This document shows positions 12,922 to 27,783 of a stretch of DNA of 64,000 nt, in pieces (position 1 is the stretch's first letter; each line of letters starts with the position of its first letter). The notes under the pieces are model-generated. The model made no database searches. It was not told the DNA's origin and was given only the letters and a program-made list of their open reading frames with translations. Source of the DNA: the human T2T-CHM13v2.0 reference genome, Homo sapiens. The stretch lies in assembly GCF_009914755.1 (NCBI RefSeq), contig NC_060947.1. The stretch is one strand, 5' to 3'. A program made the translations under genes and the position numbers.

Positions 12922-15218
12922 AGAGAGAGAGAAAGAGAAAGAGACAGAGAAAAGAAACTATGTTGTTTAAAATGCCAGCGGAAAGTCCATGGGGGTGAAA
13001 GAGTCCGGCAATGGCCAGGGAGTTAGCAGCTTGGCGTAGTGTCTTCCCACTGTTTTGTCTGTCTTGAGAATAGCATTCAACGCGACTGTGTTCCCGCAGC
13101 AGACGTTAGGCCGCTGCCCACGCCTTGAGTGCCGGACGAGGTCAACATAGGCTTTCCGTCACAGAATATGTTTGGGCAGGAAGATCGGAACACTTGGGGC
13201 TGGGCCATCTACCGCTCCCCCACGGCACACACGAGTCGTCAGGGAAATGCCCGCCTCTGTGTGTGTTGTACGTGCAGCCTTCTGGGCAGAGCCGTGGAGA
13301 GTTGGACGTAGGCCAGGTGTGAGGAGGAGAGGTGTGTTTGGGGTGGCCACTGGCTCCCTTCCTGCGTGACGTAGGCTGGCGTGGGCTCTTCCCCCAGCCC
13401 CTTGCCGGTGCTGCCACGTGAGAAGGGCCCGGGTGCCGGTCCCGCTATTCCGGAATTGTGGGTTCACCTGAAGTTTGAGGCCAAACCCCCAGCGGTCAGT
13501 GGGACGCCAGTCGCCTTTGACCTCTTGGTCAAGCTGGCCTTGCCGTGACCCGTGAGAATGCCCAAGTGCCAATGTGTCCCGGGGGGCAGGGCCGGGGCTG
13601 GGATCCTAGTGTGTGCCCAGTCTCCTTCTCGTCCCTGCGGGTTCCACCATCCTCCCATCCTAACGCATCGTTAGGGATGCGGTTAGGTCGGGTCCATCCC
13701 CAGGGCGGTCCAAGGGGACCGCTTTCTGGTTTGTCAGGAAGGCAGGCTAGTAAGAAGGGTCCCGCCGAGTCCCATCTGCCAAGGACAGGGTCCCGCAGGT
13801 GGGCCAGGGCTGGCCCAAAGCGGCCGAGATGCTGATCCGCCATGTGCGGGGCGCTGTTGGCGTTTTTTCCTCAGCAAAGGGCGGAGGGAGTGGACGTGGG
13901 GGAAGGGCAGGTGGGCATTTCTGGAGCAATACTGCCATCAAGGGGAACTGGCTTGGCAATCCCGCGCACCCTTCGCTGTGCTCGCCTGGGGAGGAGTGGC
14001 TTGGGACTGTCCTGGGGGACCAGGCAGGACTAGGGCAGGTGCTCGGACGGATCCGAGGTCTCTGGAGGTCCGAGAGAAGCAGGCTCCGCCGCGGGGTCGG
14101 GCGGTGGAAGCCCCAGAGAGAGGCGCCAGGACTAGCTGGACAGCCAGGACGCCGGGCCGTTCCCGGACAGGAAGCCACGGCTCGGGAGCCTGGTGGCGGC
14201 CATGATCTGGGCGGGACCAGCGGAGGCCTCCGCCAGGGAGCCTGGGCTCGGGGCCTTGGGCAGTTTGCCTGGTGCCCCTTCCCGTGGGAGCAACCGGGGT
14301 GACGGCCTAGCTGGGTCCTCGGCCCGGGAGGCTCCGTCGGCCACACTGCACGCCTGCGGTGTGAGGAGGGCCGACTGCCAGTGCTGAGTTCCGTGGCCAT
14401 TGGCGCCGGTGCCCGCCGCTGCTGGCCGGCGCCGGGGCGTTCCTCCTTGCGTCCTAGGGAGGAAGGTGGGCCGCGGGGCATCCCGCGGGGCCCGTACCCA
14501 GACGGTTCTTGACGAGGTGGACGCAAGGCCAGGCCCGGCCCGGCCCGGCCCGGCCCGGCCACCCTCAGACGCCGCGCACCCGCCTTGTTGAGACTTGCCA
14601 CCCTGTCTTGTTGTGTCCATGTCCCCGAGGTTGTCTTGGAGGCGGGCCGTTCCCCGTGGTGCTCATTTCTGCCTGGGGGCCTTCCGGGGACCCCGCTTGT
14701 CTTTGGGGGTGCGCAGGCCCTTGCCCTGCGATCAGAGGCGCACCGACCGATGAGTTCGGTGGCAAAGCTTGAGAAATGGAGACTCTCTGGGCATCGGCTA
14801 AGGGGGCCCGGGGCCTTCCCAGGCCTGCTGGAGTCCGGGAAGCCGGGGGCACCCAGAAGGAAGGACCCGTCGGACTCTGCCTGGGGACAGCCTGCTCCGC
14901 GCCAGAAGGGTCCGCTGCTCAGGCAGCATCCCCGTGCCTCTCCTCCAGTGGGTCCCTCAGGTAGAATCGGGGCAGGCCCCACTGGACGTGCAGGGAGGAG
15001 GCTCGGAGGATGCATCCTTTGCAGGACCCGGTCTGGTACAGCAGCAGACGGAGCCATCTCCCGGGGCTTTCTGGCTTCTCCGAGGGTGTTCAGGAGTCTC
15101 CCAAGTGCGCAGGGGCTCGTGCCCAAAGGGTGGAGGTCGGCACCGCTTCGCTCAATTCAGGAGTGGAGAAGGAAGCTAGAGGACCCTCTGGAGGTGGCAG
15201 GTTTAATGTCCTGCTTTT

Positions 15219-15257
<39 letters not shown>

Positions 15258-15860
15258 TTTTGTAATCAACTGAAAGAAGGCAGAAGGAGTCGATGGGCCT
15301 CTTAGGCCGGAAACCTTACAAGCATAGGACCAAGGCAGAAAAGGTCCAGAGGGTTCATGGTCCTCCGTTCCACCTGAATCCAGCTAGAGAGCGAGCCAGG
15401 GGGATAGGTGTGCCCCTCGTCGCCCGTGCGCTGAGGCACTGTCACGCAAAGAGACATTCACCTTCCACGTCAACGCACCTTTAAGGGCGAGAGCGGTCCG
15501 CCGTGCCCAAGAGGAACGGGATGACATTCAACTGGGACTTGCCTCACCTTGGCTTGGGGGACCTCGAGAGCAGTCCCGTGGGGGCGGTGTTACTCGTGGT
15601 GGTAGAAGTGGAGGGCGTGTCCGGGTACTTGAGTTCATGGGCATCTCTCCCGCCGCCTCTCAGCCTATCTGCACCATGTCTCACACGTTCAGTTGCAGCT
15701 CTTACCGTTTTGAAGGCGCACGTGGGCAAGAAGTCCTGGGCAGCAGAAGAAAGTCAATCACGTTGAGACAGAGAGAGCAGGAGAGGAAGTGGGCCCCAGT
15801 AGAAGTGGGCGAGAGAGCGTTGGGTGGGAACGTGGCACGAGAGAGAGAAATTATGAGATT

Positions 15861-15893
<33 letters not shown>

Positions 15894-18190
15894 AGAGAGA
15901 GAGAAAGAGAAAGAGACAGAGAAAAGAAACTATGTTGTTTAAAATGCCAGCGGAAAGTCCATGGGGGTGAAAGAGTCCGGCAATGGCCAGGGAGTTAGCA
16001 GCTTGGCGTAGTGTCTTCCCACTGTTTTGTCTGTCTTGAGAATAGCATTCAACGCGACTGTGTTCCCGCAGCAGACGTTAGGCCGCTGCCCACGCCTTGA
16101 GTGCCGGACGAGGTCAACATAGGCTTTCCGTCACAGAATATGTTTGGGCAGGAAGATCGGAACACTTGGGGCTGGGCCATCTACCGCTCCCCCACGGCAC
16201 ACACGAGTCGTCAGGGAAATGCCCGCCTCTGTGTGTGTTGTACGTGCAGCCTTCTGGGCAGAGCCGTGGAGAGTTGGACGTAGGCCAGGTGTGAGGAGGA
16301 GAGGTGTGTTTGGGGTGGCCACTGGCTCCCTTCCTGCGTGACGTAGGCTGGCGTGGGCTCTTCCCCCAGCCCCTTGCCGGTGCTGCCACGTGAGAAGGGC
16401 CCGGGTGCCGGTCCCGCTATTCCGGAATTGTGGGTTCACCTGAAGTTTGAGGCCAAACCCCCAGCGGTCAGTGGGACGCCAGTCGCCTTTGACCTCTTGG
16501 TCAAGCTGGCCTTGCCGTGACCCGTGAGAATGCCCAAGTGCCAATGTGTCCCGGGGGGCAGGGCCGGGGCTGGGATCCTAGTGTGTGCCCAGTCTCCTTC
16601 TCGTCCCTGCGGGTTCCACCATCCTCCCATCCTAACGCATCGTTAGGGATGCGGTTAGGTCGGGTCCATCCCCAGGGCGGTCCAAGGGGACCGCTTTCTG
16701 GTTTGTCAGGAAGGCAGGCTAGTAAGAAGGGTCCCGCCGAGTCCCATCTGCCAAGGACAGGGTCCCGCAGGTGGGCCAGGGCTGGCCCAAAGCGGCCGAG
16801 ATGCTGATCCGCCATGTGCGGGGCGCTGTTGGCGTTTTTTCCTCAGCAAAGGGCGGAGGGAGTGGACGTGGGGGAAGGGCAGGTGGGCATTTCTGGAGCA
16901 ATACTGCCATCAAGGGGAACTGGCTTGGCAATCCCGCGCACCCTTCGCTGTGCTCGCCTGGGGAGGAGTGGCTTGGGACTGTCCTGGGGGACCAGGCAGG
17001 ACTAGGGCAGGTGCTCGGACGGATCCGAGGTCTCTGGAGGTCCGAGAGAAGCAGGCTCCGCCGCGGGGTCGGGCGGTGGAAGCCCCAGAGAGAGGCGCCA
17101 GGACTAGCTGGACAGCCAGGACGCCGGGCCGTTCCCGGACAGGAAGCCACGGCTCGGGAGCCTGGTGGCGGCCATGATCTGGGCGGGACCAGCGGAGGCC
17201 TCCGCCAGGGAGCCTGGGCTCGGGGCCTTGGGCAGTTTGCCTGGTGCCCCTTCCCGTGGGAGCAACCGGGGTGACGGCCTAGCTGGGTCCTCGGCCCGGG
17301 AGGCTCCGTCGGCCACACTGCACGCCTGCGGTGTGAGGAGGGCCGACTGCCAGTGCTGAGTTCCGTGGCCATTGGCGCGGGTGCCCGCCGCTGCTGGCCG
17401 GCGCCGGGGCGTTCCTCCTTGCGTCCTAGGGAGGAAGGTGGGCCGCGGGGCATCCCGCGGGGCCCGTACCCAGACGGTTCTTGACGAGGTGGACGCAAGG
17501 CCAGGCCCGGCCCGGCCCGGCCCGGCCCGGCCACCCTCAGACGCCGCGCACCCGCCTTGTTGAGACTTGCCACCCTGTCTTGTTGTGTCCATGTCCCCGA
17601 GGTTGTCTTGGAGGCGGGCCGTTCCCCGTGGTGCTCATTTCTGCCTGGGGGCCTTCCGGGGACCCCGCTTGTCTTTGGGGGTGCGCAGGCCCTTGCCCTG
17701 CGATCAGAGGCGCACCGACCGATGAGTTCGGTGGCAAAGCTTGAGAAATGGAGACTCTCTGGGCATCGGCTAAGGGGGCCCGGGGCCTTCCCAGGCCTGC
17801 TGGAGTCCGGGAAGCCGGGGGCACCCAGAAGGAAGGACCCGTCGGACTCTGCCTGGGGACAGCCTGCTCCGCGCCAGAAGGGTCCGCTGCTCAGGCAGCA
17901 TCCCCGTGCCTCTCCTCCAGTGGGTCCCTCAGGTAGAATCGGGGCAGGCCCCACTGGACGTGCAGGGAGGAGGCTCGGAGGATGCATCCTTTGCAGGACC
18001 CGGTCTGGTACAGCAGCAGACGGAGCCATCTCCCGGGGCTTTCTGGCTTCTCCGAGGGTGTTCAGGAGTCTCCCAAGTGCGCAGGGGCTCGTGCCCAAAG
18101 GGTGGAGGTCGGCACCGCTTCGCTCAATTCAGGAGTGGAGAAGGAAGCTAGAGGACCCTCTGGAGGTGGCAGGTTTAATGTCCTGCTTTT

Positions 18191-18229
<39 letters not shown>

Positions 18230-18832
18230 TTTTGTAATCAACTGAAAGAAGGCAGAAGGAGTCGATGGGCCTCTTAGGCCGGAAACCTTACAAGCATAGG
18301 ACCAAGGCAGAAAAGGTCCAGAGGGTTCATGGTCCTCCGTTCCACCTGAATCCAGCTAGAGAGCGAGCCAGGGGGATAGGTGTGCCCCTCGTCGCCCGTG
18401 CGCTGAGGCACTGTCACGCAAAGAGACATTCACCTTCCACGTCAACGCACCTTTAAGGGCGAGAGCGGTCCGCCGTGCCCAAGAGGAACGGGATGACATT
18501 CAACTGGGACTTGCCTCACCTTGGCTTGGGGGACCTCGAGAGCAGTCCCGTGGGGGCGGTGTTACTCGTGGTGGTAGAAGTGGAGGGCGTGTCCGGGTAC
18601 TTGAGTTCATGGGCATCTCTCCCGCCGCCTCTCAGCCTATCTGCACCATGTCTCACACGTTCAGTTGCAGCTCTTACCGTTTTGAAGGCGCACGTGGGCA
18701 AGAAGTCCTGGGCAGCAGAAGAAAGTCAATCACGTTGAGACAGAGAGAGCAGGAGAGGAAGTGGGCCCCAGTAGAAGTGGGCGAGAGAGCGTTGGGTGGG
18801 AACGTGGCACGAGAGAGAGAAATTATGAGATT

Positions 18833-18865
<33 letters not shown>

Positions 18866-21162
18866 AGAGAGAGAGAAAGAGAAAGAGACAGAGAAAAGAA
18901 ACTATGTTGTTTAAAATGCCAGCGGAAAGTCCATGGGGGTGAAAGAGTCCGGCAATGGCCAGGGAGTTAGCAGCTTGGCGTAGTGTCTTCCCACTGTTTT
19001 GTCTGTCTTGAGAATAGCATTCAACGCGACTGTGTTCCCGCAGCAGACGTTAGGCCGCTGCCCACGCCTTGAGTGCCGGACGAGGTCAACATAGGCTTTC
19101 CGTCACAGAATATGTTTGGGCAGGAAGATCGGAACACTTGGGGCTGGGCCATCTACCGCTCCCCCACGGCACACACGAGTCGTCAGGGAAATGCCCGCCT
19201 CTGTGTGTGTTGTACGTGCAGCCTTCTGGGCAGAGCCGTGGAGAGTTGGACGTAGGCCAGGTGTGAGGAGGAGAGGTGTGTTTGGGGTGGCCACTGGCTC
19301 CCTTCCTGCGTGACGTAGGCTGGCGTGGGCTCTTCCCCCAGCCCCTTGCCGGTGCTGCCACGTGAGAAGGGCCCGGGTGCCGGTCCCGCTATTCCGGAAT
19401 TGTGGGTTCACCTGAAGTTTGAGGCCAAACCCCCAGCGGTCAGTGGGACGCCAGTCGCCTTTGACCTCTTGGTCAAGCTGGCCTTGCCGTGACCCGTGAG
19501 AATGCCCAAGTGCCAATGTGTCCCGGGGGGCAGGGCCGGGGCTGGGATCCTAGTGTGTGCCCAGTCTCCTTCTCGTCCCTGCGGGTTCCACCATCCTCCC
19601 ATCCTAACGCATCGTTAGGGATGCGGTTAGGTCGGGTCCATCCCCAGGGCGGTCCAAGGGGACCGCTTTCTGGTTTGTCAGGAAGGCAGGCTAGTAAGAA
19701 GGGTCCCGCCGAGTCCCATCTGCCAAGGACAGGGTCCCGCAGGTGGGCCAGGGCTGGCCCAAAGCGGCCGAGATGCTGATCCGCCATGTGCGGGGCGCTG
19801 TTGGCGTTTTTTCCTCAGCAAAGGGCGGAGGGAGTGGACGTGGGGGAAGGGCAGGTGGGCATTTCTGGAGCAATACTGCCATCAAGGGGAACTGGCTTGG
19901 CAATCCCGCGCACCCTTCGCTGTGCTCGCCTGGGGAGGAGTGGCTTGGGACTGTCCTGGGGGACCAGGCAGGACTAGGGCAGGTGCTCGGACGGATCCGA
20001 GGTCTCTGGAGGTCCGAGAGAAGCAGGCTCCGCCGCGGGGTCGGGCGGTGGAAGCCCCAGAGAGAGGCGCCAGGACTAGCTGGACAGCCAGGACGCCGGG
20101 CCGTTCCCGGACAGGAAGCCACGGCTCGGGAGCCTGGTGGCGGCCATGATCTGGGCGGGACCAGCGGAGGCCTCCGCCAGGGAGCCTGGGCTCGGGGCCT
20201 TGGGCAGTTTGCCTGGTGCCCCTTCCCGTGGGAGCAACCGGGGTGACGGCCTAGCTGGGTCCTCGGCCCGGGAGGCTCCGTCGGCCACACTGCACGCCTG
20301 CGGTGTGAGGAGGGCCGACTGCCAGTGCTGAGTTCCGTGGCCATTGGCGCCGGTGCCCGCCGCTGCTGGCCGGCGCCGGGGCGTTCCTCCTTGCGTCCTA
20401 GGGAGGAAGGTGGGCCGCGGGGCATCCCGCGGGGCCCGTACCCAGACGGTTCTTGACGAGGTGGACGCAAGGCCAGGCCCGGCCCGGCCCGGCCCGGCCC
20501 GGCCACCCTCAGACGCCGCGCACCCGCCTTGTTGAGACTTGCCACCCTGTCTTGTTGTGTCCATGTCCCCGAGGTTGTCTTGGAGGCGGGCCGTTCCCCG
20601 TGGTGCTCATTTCTGCCTGGGGGCCTTCCGGGGACCCCGCTTGTCTTTGGGGGTGCGCAGGCCCTTGCCCTGCGATCAGAGGCGCACCGACCGATGAGTT
20701 CGGTGGCAAAGCTTGAGAAATGGAGACTCTCTGGGCATCGGCTAAGGGGGCCCGGGGCCTTCCCAGGCCTGCTGGAGTCCGGGAAGCCGGGGGCACCCAG
20801 AAGGAAGGACCCGTCGGACTCTGCCTGGGGACAGCCTGCTCCGCGCCAGAAGGGTCCGCTGCTCAGGCAGCATCCCCGTGCCTCTCCTCCAGTGGGTCCC
20901 TCAGGTAGAATCGGGGCAGGCCCCACTGGACGTGCAGGGAGGAGGCTCGGAGGATGCATCCTTTGCAGGACCCGGTCTGGTACAGCAGCAGACGGAGCCA
21001 TCTCCCGGGGCTTTCTGGCTTCTCCGAGGGTGTTCAGGAGTCTCCCAAGTGCGCAGGGGCTCGTGCCCAAAGGGTGGAGGTCGGCACCGCTTCGCTCAAT
21101 TCAGGAGTGGAGAAGGAAGCTAGAGGACCCTCTGGAGGTGGCAGGTTTAATGTCCTGCTTTT

Positions 21163-21201
<39 letters not shown>

Positions 21202-21804
21202 TTTTGTAATCAACTGAAAGAAGGCAGAAGGAGTCGATGGGCCTCTTAGGCCGGAAACCTTACAAGCATAGGACCAAGGCAGAAAAGGTCCAGAGGGTTC
21301 ATGGTCCTCCGTTCCACCTGAATCCAGCTAGAGAGCGAGCCAGGGGGATAGGTGTGCCCCTCGTCGCCCGTGCGCTGAGGCACTGTCACGCAAAGAGACA
21401 TTCACCTTCCACGTCAACGCACCTTTAAGGGCGAGAGCGGTCCGCCGTGCCCAAGAGGAACGGGATGACATTCAACTGGGACTTGCCTCACCTTGGCTTG
21501 GGGGACCTCGAGAGCAGTCCCGTGGGGGCGGTGTTACTCGTGGTGGTAGAAGTGGAGGGCGTGTCCGGGTACTTGAGTTCATGGGCATCTCTCCCGCCGC
21601 CTCTCAGCCTATCTGCACCATGTCTCACACGTTCAGTTGCAGCTCTTACCGTTTTGAAGGCGCACGTGGGCAAGAAGTCCTGGGCAGCAGAAGAAAGTCA
21701 ATCACGTTGAGACAGAGAGAGCAGGAGAGGAAGTGGGCCCCAGTAGAAGTGGGCGAGAGAGCGTTGGGTGGGAACGTGGCACGAGAGAGAGAAATTATGA
21801 GATT

Positions 21805-21837
<33 letters not shown>

Positions 21838-24134
21838 AGAGAGAGAGAAAGAGAAAGAGACAGAGAAAAGAAACTATGTTGTTTAAAATGCCAGCGGAAA
21901 GTCCATGGGGGTGAAAGAGTCCGGCAATGGCCAGGGAGTTAGCAGCTTGGCGTAGTGTCTTCCCACTGTTTTGTCTGTCTTGAGAATAGCATTCAACGCG
22001 ACTGTGTTCCCGCAGCAGACGTTAGGCCGCTGCCCACGCCTTGAGTGCCGGACGAGGTCAACATAGGCTTTCCGTCACAGAATATGTTTGGGCAGGAAGA
22101 TCGGAACACTTGGGGCTGGGCCATCTACCGCTCCCCCACGGCACACACGAGTCGTCAGGGAAATGCCCGCCTCTGTGTGTGTTGTACGTGCAGCCTTCTG
22201 GGCAGAGCCGTGGAGAGTTGGACGTAGGCCAGGTGTGAGGAGGAGAGGTGTGTTTGGGGTGGCCACTGGCTCCCTTCCTGCGTGACGTAGGCTGGCGTGG
22301 GCTCTTCCCCCAGCCCCTTGCCGGTGCTGCCACGTGAGAAGGGCCCGGGTGCCGGTCCCGCTATTCCGGAATTGTGGGTTCACCTGAAGTTTGAGGCCAA
22401 ACCCCCAGCGGTCAGTGGGACGCCAGTCGCCTTTGACCTCTTGGTCAAGCTGGCCTTGCCGTGACCCGTGAGAATGCCCAAGTGCCAATGTGTCCCGGGG
22501 GGCAGGGCCGGGGCTGGGATCCTAGTGTGTGCCCAGTCTCCTTCTCGTCCCTGCGGGTTCCACCATCCTCCCATCCTAACGCATCGTTAGGGATGCGGTT
22601 AGGTCGGGTCCATCCCCAGGGCGGTCCAAGGGGACCGCTTTCTGGTTTGTCAGGAAGGCAGGCTAGTAAGAAGGGTCCCGCCGAGTCCCATCTGCCAAGG
22701 ACAGGGTCCCGCAGGTGGGCCAGGGCTGGCCCAAAGCGGCCGAGATGCTGATCCGCCATGTGCGGGGCGCTGTTGGCGTTTTTTCCTCAGCAAAGGGCGG
22801 AGGGAGTGGACGTGGGGGAAGGGCAGGTGGGCATTTCTGGAGCAATACTGCCATCAAGGGGAACTGGCTTGGCAATCCCGCGCACCCTTCGCTGTGCTCG
22901 CCTGGGGAGGAGTGGCTTGGGACTGTCCTGGGGGACCAGGCAGGACTAGGGCAGGTGCTCGGACGGATCCGAGGTCTCTGGAGGTCCGAGAGAAGCAGGC
23001 TCCGCCGCGGGGTCGGGCGGTGGAAGCCCCAGAGAGAGGCGCCAGGACTAGCTGGACAGCCAGGACGCCGGGCCGTTCCCGGACAGGAAGCCACGGCTCG
23101 GGAGCCTGGTGGCGGCCATGATCTGGGCGGGACCAGCGGAGGCCTCCGCCAGGGAGCCTGGGCTCGGGGCCTTGGGCAGTTTGCCTGGTGCCCCTTCCCG
23201 TGGGAGCAACCGGGGTGACGGCCTAGCTGGGTCCTCGGCCCGGGAGGCTCCGTCGGCCACACTGCACGCCTGCGGTGTGAGGAGGGCCGACTGCCAGTGC
23301 TGAGTTCCGTGGCCATTGGCGCGGGTGCCCGCCGCTGCTGGCCGGCGCCGGGGCGTTCCTCCTTGCGTCCTAGGGAGGAAGGTGGGCCGCGGGGCATCCC
23401 GCGGGGCCCGTACCCAGACGGTTCTTGACGAGGTGGACGCAAGGCCAGGCCCGGCCCGGCCCGGCCCGGCCCGGCCACCCTCAGACGCCGCGCACCCGCC
23501 TTGTTGAGACTTGCCACCCTGTCTTGTTGTGTCCATGTCCCCGAGGTTGTCTTGGAGGCGGGCCGTTCCCCGTGGTGCTCATTTCTGCCTGGGGGCCTTC
23601 CGGGGACCCCGCTTGTCTTTGGGGGTGCGCAGGCCCTTGCCCTGCGATCAGAGGCGCACCGACCGATGAGTTCGGTGGCAAAGCTTGAGAAATGGAGACT
23701 CTCTGGGCATCGGCTAAGGGGGCCCGGGGCCTTCCCAGGCCTGCTGGAGTCCGGGAAGCCGGGGGCACCCAGAAGGAAGGACCCGTCGGACTCTGCCTGG
23801 GGACAGCCTGCTCCGCGCCAGAAGGGTCCGCTGCTCAGGCAGCATCCCCGTGCCTCTCCTCCAGTGGGTCCCTCAGGTAGAATCGGGGCAGGCCCCACTG
23901 GACGTGCAGGGAGGAGGCTCGGAGGATGCATCCTTTGCAGGACCCGGTCTGGTACAGCAGCAGACGGAGCCATCTCCCGGGGCTTTCTGGCTTCTCCGAG
24001 GGTGTTCAGGAGTCTCCCAAGTGCGCAGGGGCTCGTGCCCAAAGGGTGGAGGTCGGCACCGCTTCGCTCAATTCAGGAGTGGAGAAGGAAGCTAGAGGAC
24101 CCTCTGGAGGTGGCAGGTTTAATGTCCTGCTTTT

Positions 24135-24173
<39 letters not shown>

Positions 24174-24776
24174 TTTTGTAATCAACTGAAAGAAGGCAGA
24201 AGGAGTCGATGGGCCTCTTAGGCCGGAAACCTTACAAGCATAGGACCAAGGCAGAAAAGGTCCAGAGGGTTCATGGTCCTCCGTTCCACCTGAATCCAGC
24301 TAGAGAGCGAGCCAGGGGGATAGGTGTGCCCCTCGTCGCCCGTGCGCTGAGGCACTGTCACGCAAAGAGACATTCACCTTCCACGTCAACGCACCTTTAA
24401 GGGCGAGAGCGGTCCGCCGTGCCCAAGAGGAACGGGATGACATTCAACTGGGACTTGCCTCACCTTGGCTTGGGGGACCTCGAGAGCGGTCCCGTGGGGG
24501 CGGTGTTACTCGTGGTGGTAGAAGTGGAGGGCGTGTCCGGGTACTTGAGTTCATGGGCATCTCTCCCGCCGCCTCTCAGCCTATCTGCACCATGTCTCAC
24601 ACGTTCAGTTGCAGCTCTTACCGTTTTGAAGGCGCACGTGGGCAAGAAGTCCTGGGCAGCACAAGAAAGTCAATCACGTTGAGACAGAGAGAGCAGGAGA
24701 GGAAGTGGGCCCCAGTAGAAGTGGGCGAGAGAGCGTTGGGTGGGAACGTGGCACGAGAGAGAGAAATTATGAGATT

Positions 24777-24807
<31 letters not shown>

Positions 24808-27104
24808 AGAGAGAGAGAAAGAGAAAGAGACAGAGAAAAGAAACTATGTTGTTTAAAATGCCAGCGGAAAGTCCATGGGGGTGAAAGAGTCCGGCAATGG
24901 CCAGGGAGTTAGCAGCTTGGCGTAGTGTCTTCCCACTGTTTTGTCTGTCTTGAGAATAGCATTCAACGCGACTGTGTTCCCGCAGCAGACGTTAGGCCGC
25001 TGCCCACGCCTTGAGTGCCGGACGAGGTCAACATAGGCTTTCCGTCACAGAATATGTTTGGGCAGGAAGATCGGAACACTTGGGGCTGGGCCATCTACCG
25101 CTCCCCCACGGCACACACGAGTCGTCAGGGAAATGCCCGCCTCTGTGTGTGTTGTACGTGCAGCCTTCTGGGCAGAGCCGTGGAGAGTTGGACGTAGGCC
25201 AGGTGTGAGGAGGAGAGGTGTGTTTGGGGTGGCCACTGGCTCCCTTCCTGCGTGACGTAGGCTGGCGTGGGCTCTTCCCCCAGCCCCTTGCCGGTGCTGC
25301 CACGTGAGAAGGGCCCGGGTGCCGGTCCCGCTATTCCGGAATTGTGGGTTCACCTGAAGTTTGAGGCCAAACCCCCAGCGGTCAGTGGGACGCCAGTCGC
25401 CTTTGACCTCTTGGTCAAGCTGGCCTTGCCGTGACCCGTGAGAATGCCCAAGTGCCAATGTGTCCCGGGGGGCAGGGCCGGGGCTGGGATCCTAGTGTGT
25501 GCCCAGTCTCCTTCTCGTCCCTGCGGGTTCCACCATCCTCCCATCCTAACGCATCGTTAGGGATGCGGTTAGGTCGGGTCCATCCCCAGGGCGGTCCAAG
25601 GGGACCGCTTTCTGGTTTGTCAGGAAGGCAGGCTAGTAAGAAGGGTCCCGCCGAGTCCCATCTGCCAAGGACAGGGTCCCGCAGGTGGGCCAGGGCTGGC
25701 CCAAAGCGGCCGAGATGCTGATCCGCCATGTGCGGGGCGCTGTTGGCGTTTTTTCCTCAGCAAAGGGCGGAGGGAGTGGACGTGGGGGAAGGGCAGGTGG
25801 GCATTTCTGGAGCAATACTGCCATCAAGGGGAACTGGCTTGGCAATCCCGCGCACCCTTCGCTGTGCTCGCCTGGGGAGGAGTGGCTTGGGACTGTCCTG
25901 GGGGACCAGGCAGGACTAGGGCAGGTGCTCGGACGGATCCGAGGTCTCTGGAGGTCCGAGAGAAGCAGGCTCCGCCGCGGGGTCGGGCGGTGGAAGCCCC
26001 AGAGAGAGGCGCCAGGACTAGCTGGACAGCCAGGACGCCGGGCCGTTCCCGGACAGGAAGCCACGGCTCGGGAGCCTGGTGGCGGCCATGATCTGGGCGG
26101 GACCAGCGGAGGCCTCCGCCAGGGAGCCTGGGCTCGGGGCCTTGGGCAGTTTGCCTGGTGCCCCTTCCCGTGGGAGCAACCGGGGTGACGGCCTAGCTGG
26201 GTCCTCGGCCCGGGAGGCTCCGTCGGCCACACTGCACGCCTGCGGTGTGAGGAGGGCCGACTGCCAGTGCTGAGTTCCGTGGCCATTGGCGCGGGTGCCC
26301 GCCGCTGCTGGCCGGCGCCGGGGCGTTCCTCCTTGCGTCCTAGGGAGGAAGGTGGGCCGCGGGGCATCCCGCGGGGCCCGTACCCAGACGGTTCTTGACG
26401 AGGTGGACGCAAGGCCAGGCCCGGCCCGGCCCGGCCCGGCCCGGCCACCCTCAGACGCCGCGCACCCGCCTTGTTGAGACTTGCCACCCTGTCTTGTTGT
26501 GTCCATGTCCCCGAGGTTGTCTTGGAGGCGGGCCGTTCCCCGTGGTGCTCATTTCTGCCTGGGGGCCTTCCGGGGACCCCGCTTGTCTTTGGGGGTGCGC
26601 AGGCCCTTGCCCTGCGATCAGAGGCGCACCGACCGATGAGTTCGGTGGCAAAGCTTGAGAAATGGAGACTCTCTGGGCATCGGCTAAGGGGGCCCGGGGC
26701 CTTCCCAGGCCTGCTGGAGTCCGGGAAGCCGGGGGCACCCAGAAGGAAGGACCCGTCGGACTCTGCCTGGGGACAGCCTGCTCCGCGCCAGAAGGGTCCG
26801 CTGCTCAGGCAGCATCCCCGTGCCTCTCCTCCAGTGGGTCCCTCAGGTAGAATCGGGGCAGGCCCCACTGGACGTGCAGGGAGGAGGCTCGGAGGATGCA
26901 TCCTTTGCAGGACCCGGTCTGGTACAGCAGCAGACGGAGCCATCTCCCGGGGCTTTCTGGCTTCTCCGAGGGTGTTCAGGAGTCTCCCAAGTGCGCAGGG
27001 GCTCGTGCCCAAAGGGTGGAGGTCGGCACCGCTTCGCTCAATTCAGGAGTGGAGAAGGAAGCTAGAGGACCCTCTGGAGGTGGCAGGTTTAATGTCCTGC
27101 TTTT

Positions 27105-27147
<43 letters not shown>

Positions 27148-27750
27148 TTTTGTAATCAACTGAAAGAAGGCAGAAGGAGTCGATGGGCCTCTTAGGCCGG
27201 AAACCTTACAAGCATAGGACCAAGGCAGAAAAGGTCCAGAGGGTTCATGGTCCTCCGTTCCACCTGAATCCAGCTAGAGAGCGAGCCAGGGGGATAGGTG
27301 TGCCCCTCGTCGCCCGTGCGCTGAGGCACTGTCACGCAAAGAGACATTCACCTTCCACGTCAACGCACCTTTAAGGGCGAGAGCGGTCCGCCGTGCCCAA
27401 GAGGAACGGGATGACATTCAACTGGGACTTGCCTCACCTTGGCTTGGGGGACCTCGAGAGCAGTCCCGTGGGGGCGGTGTTACTCGTGGTGGTAGAAGTG
27501 GAGGGCGTGTCCGGGTACTTGAGTTCATGGGCATCTCTCCCGCCGCCTCTCAGCCTATCTGCACCATGTCTCACACGTTCAGTTGCAGCTCTTACCGTTT
27601 TGAAGGCGCACGTGGGCAAGAAGTCCTGGGCAGCAGAAGAAAGTCAATCACGTTGAGACAGAGAGAGCAGGAGAGGAAGTGGGCCCCAGTAGAAGTGGGC
27701 GAGAGAGCGTTGGGTGGGAACGTGGCACGAGAGAGAGAAATTATGAGATT

Positions 27751-27783
<33 letters not shown>

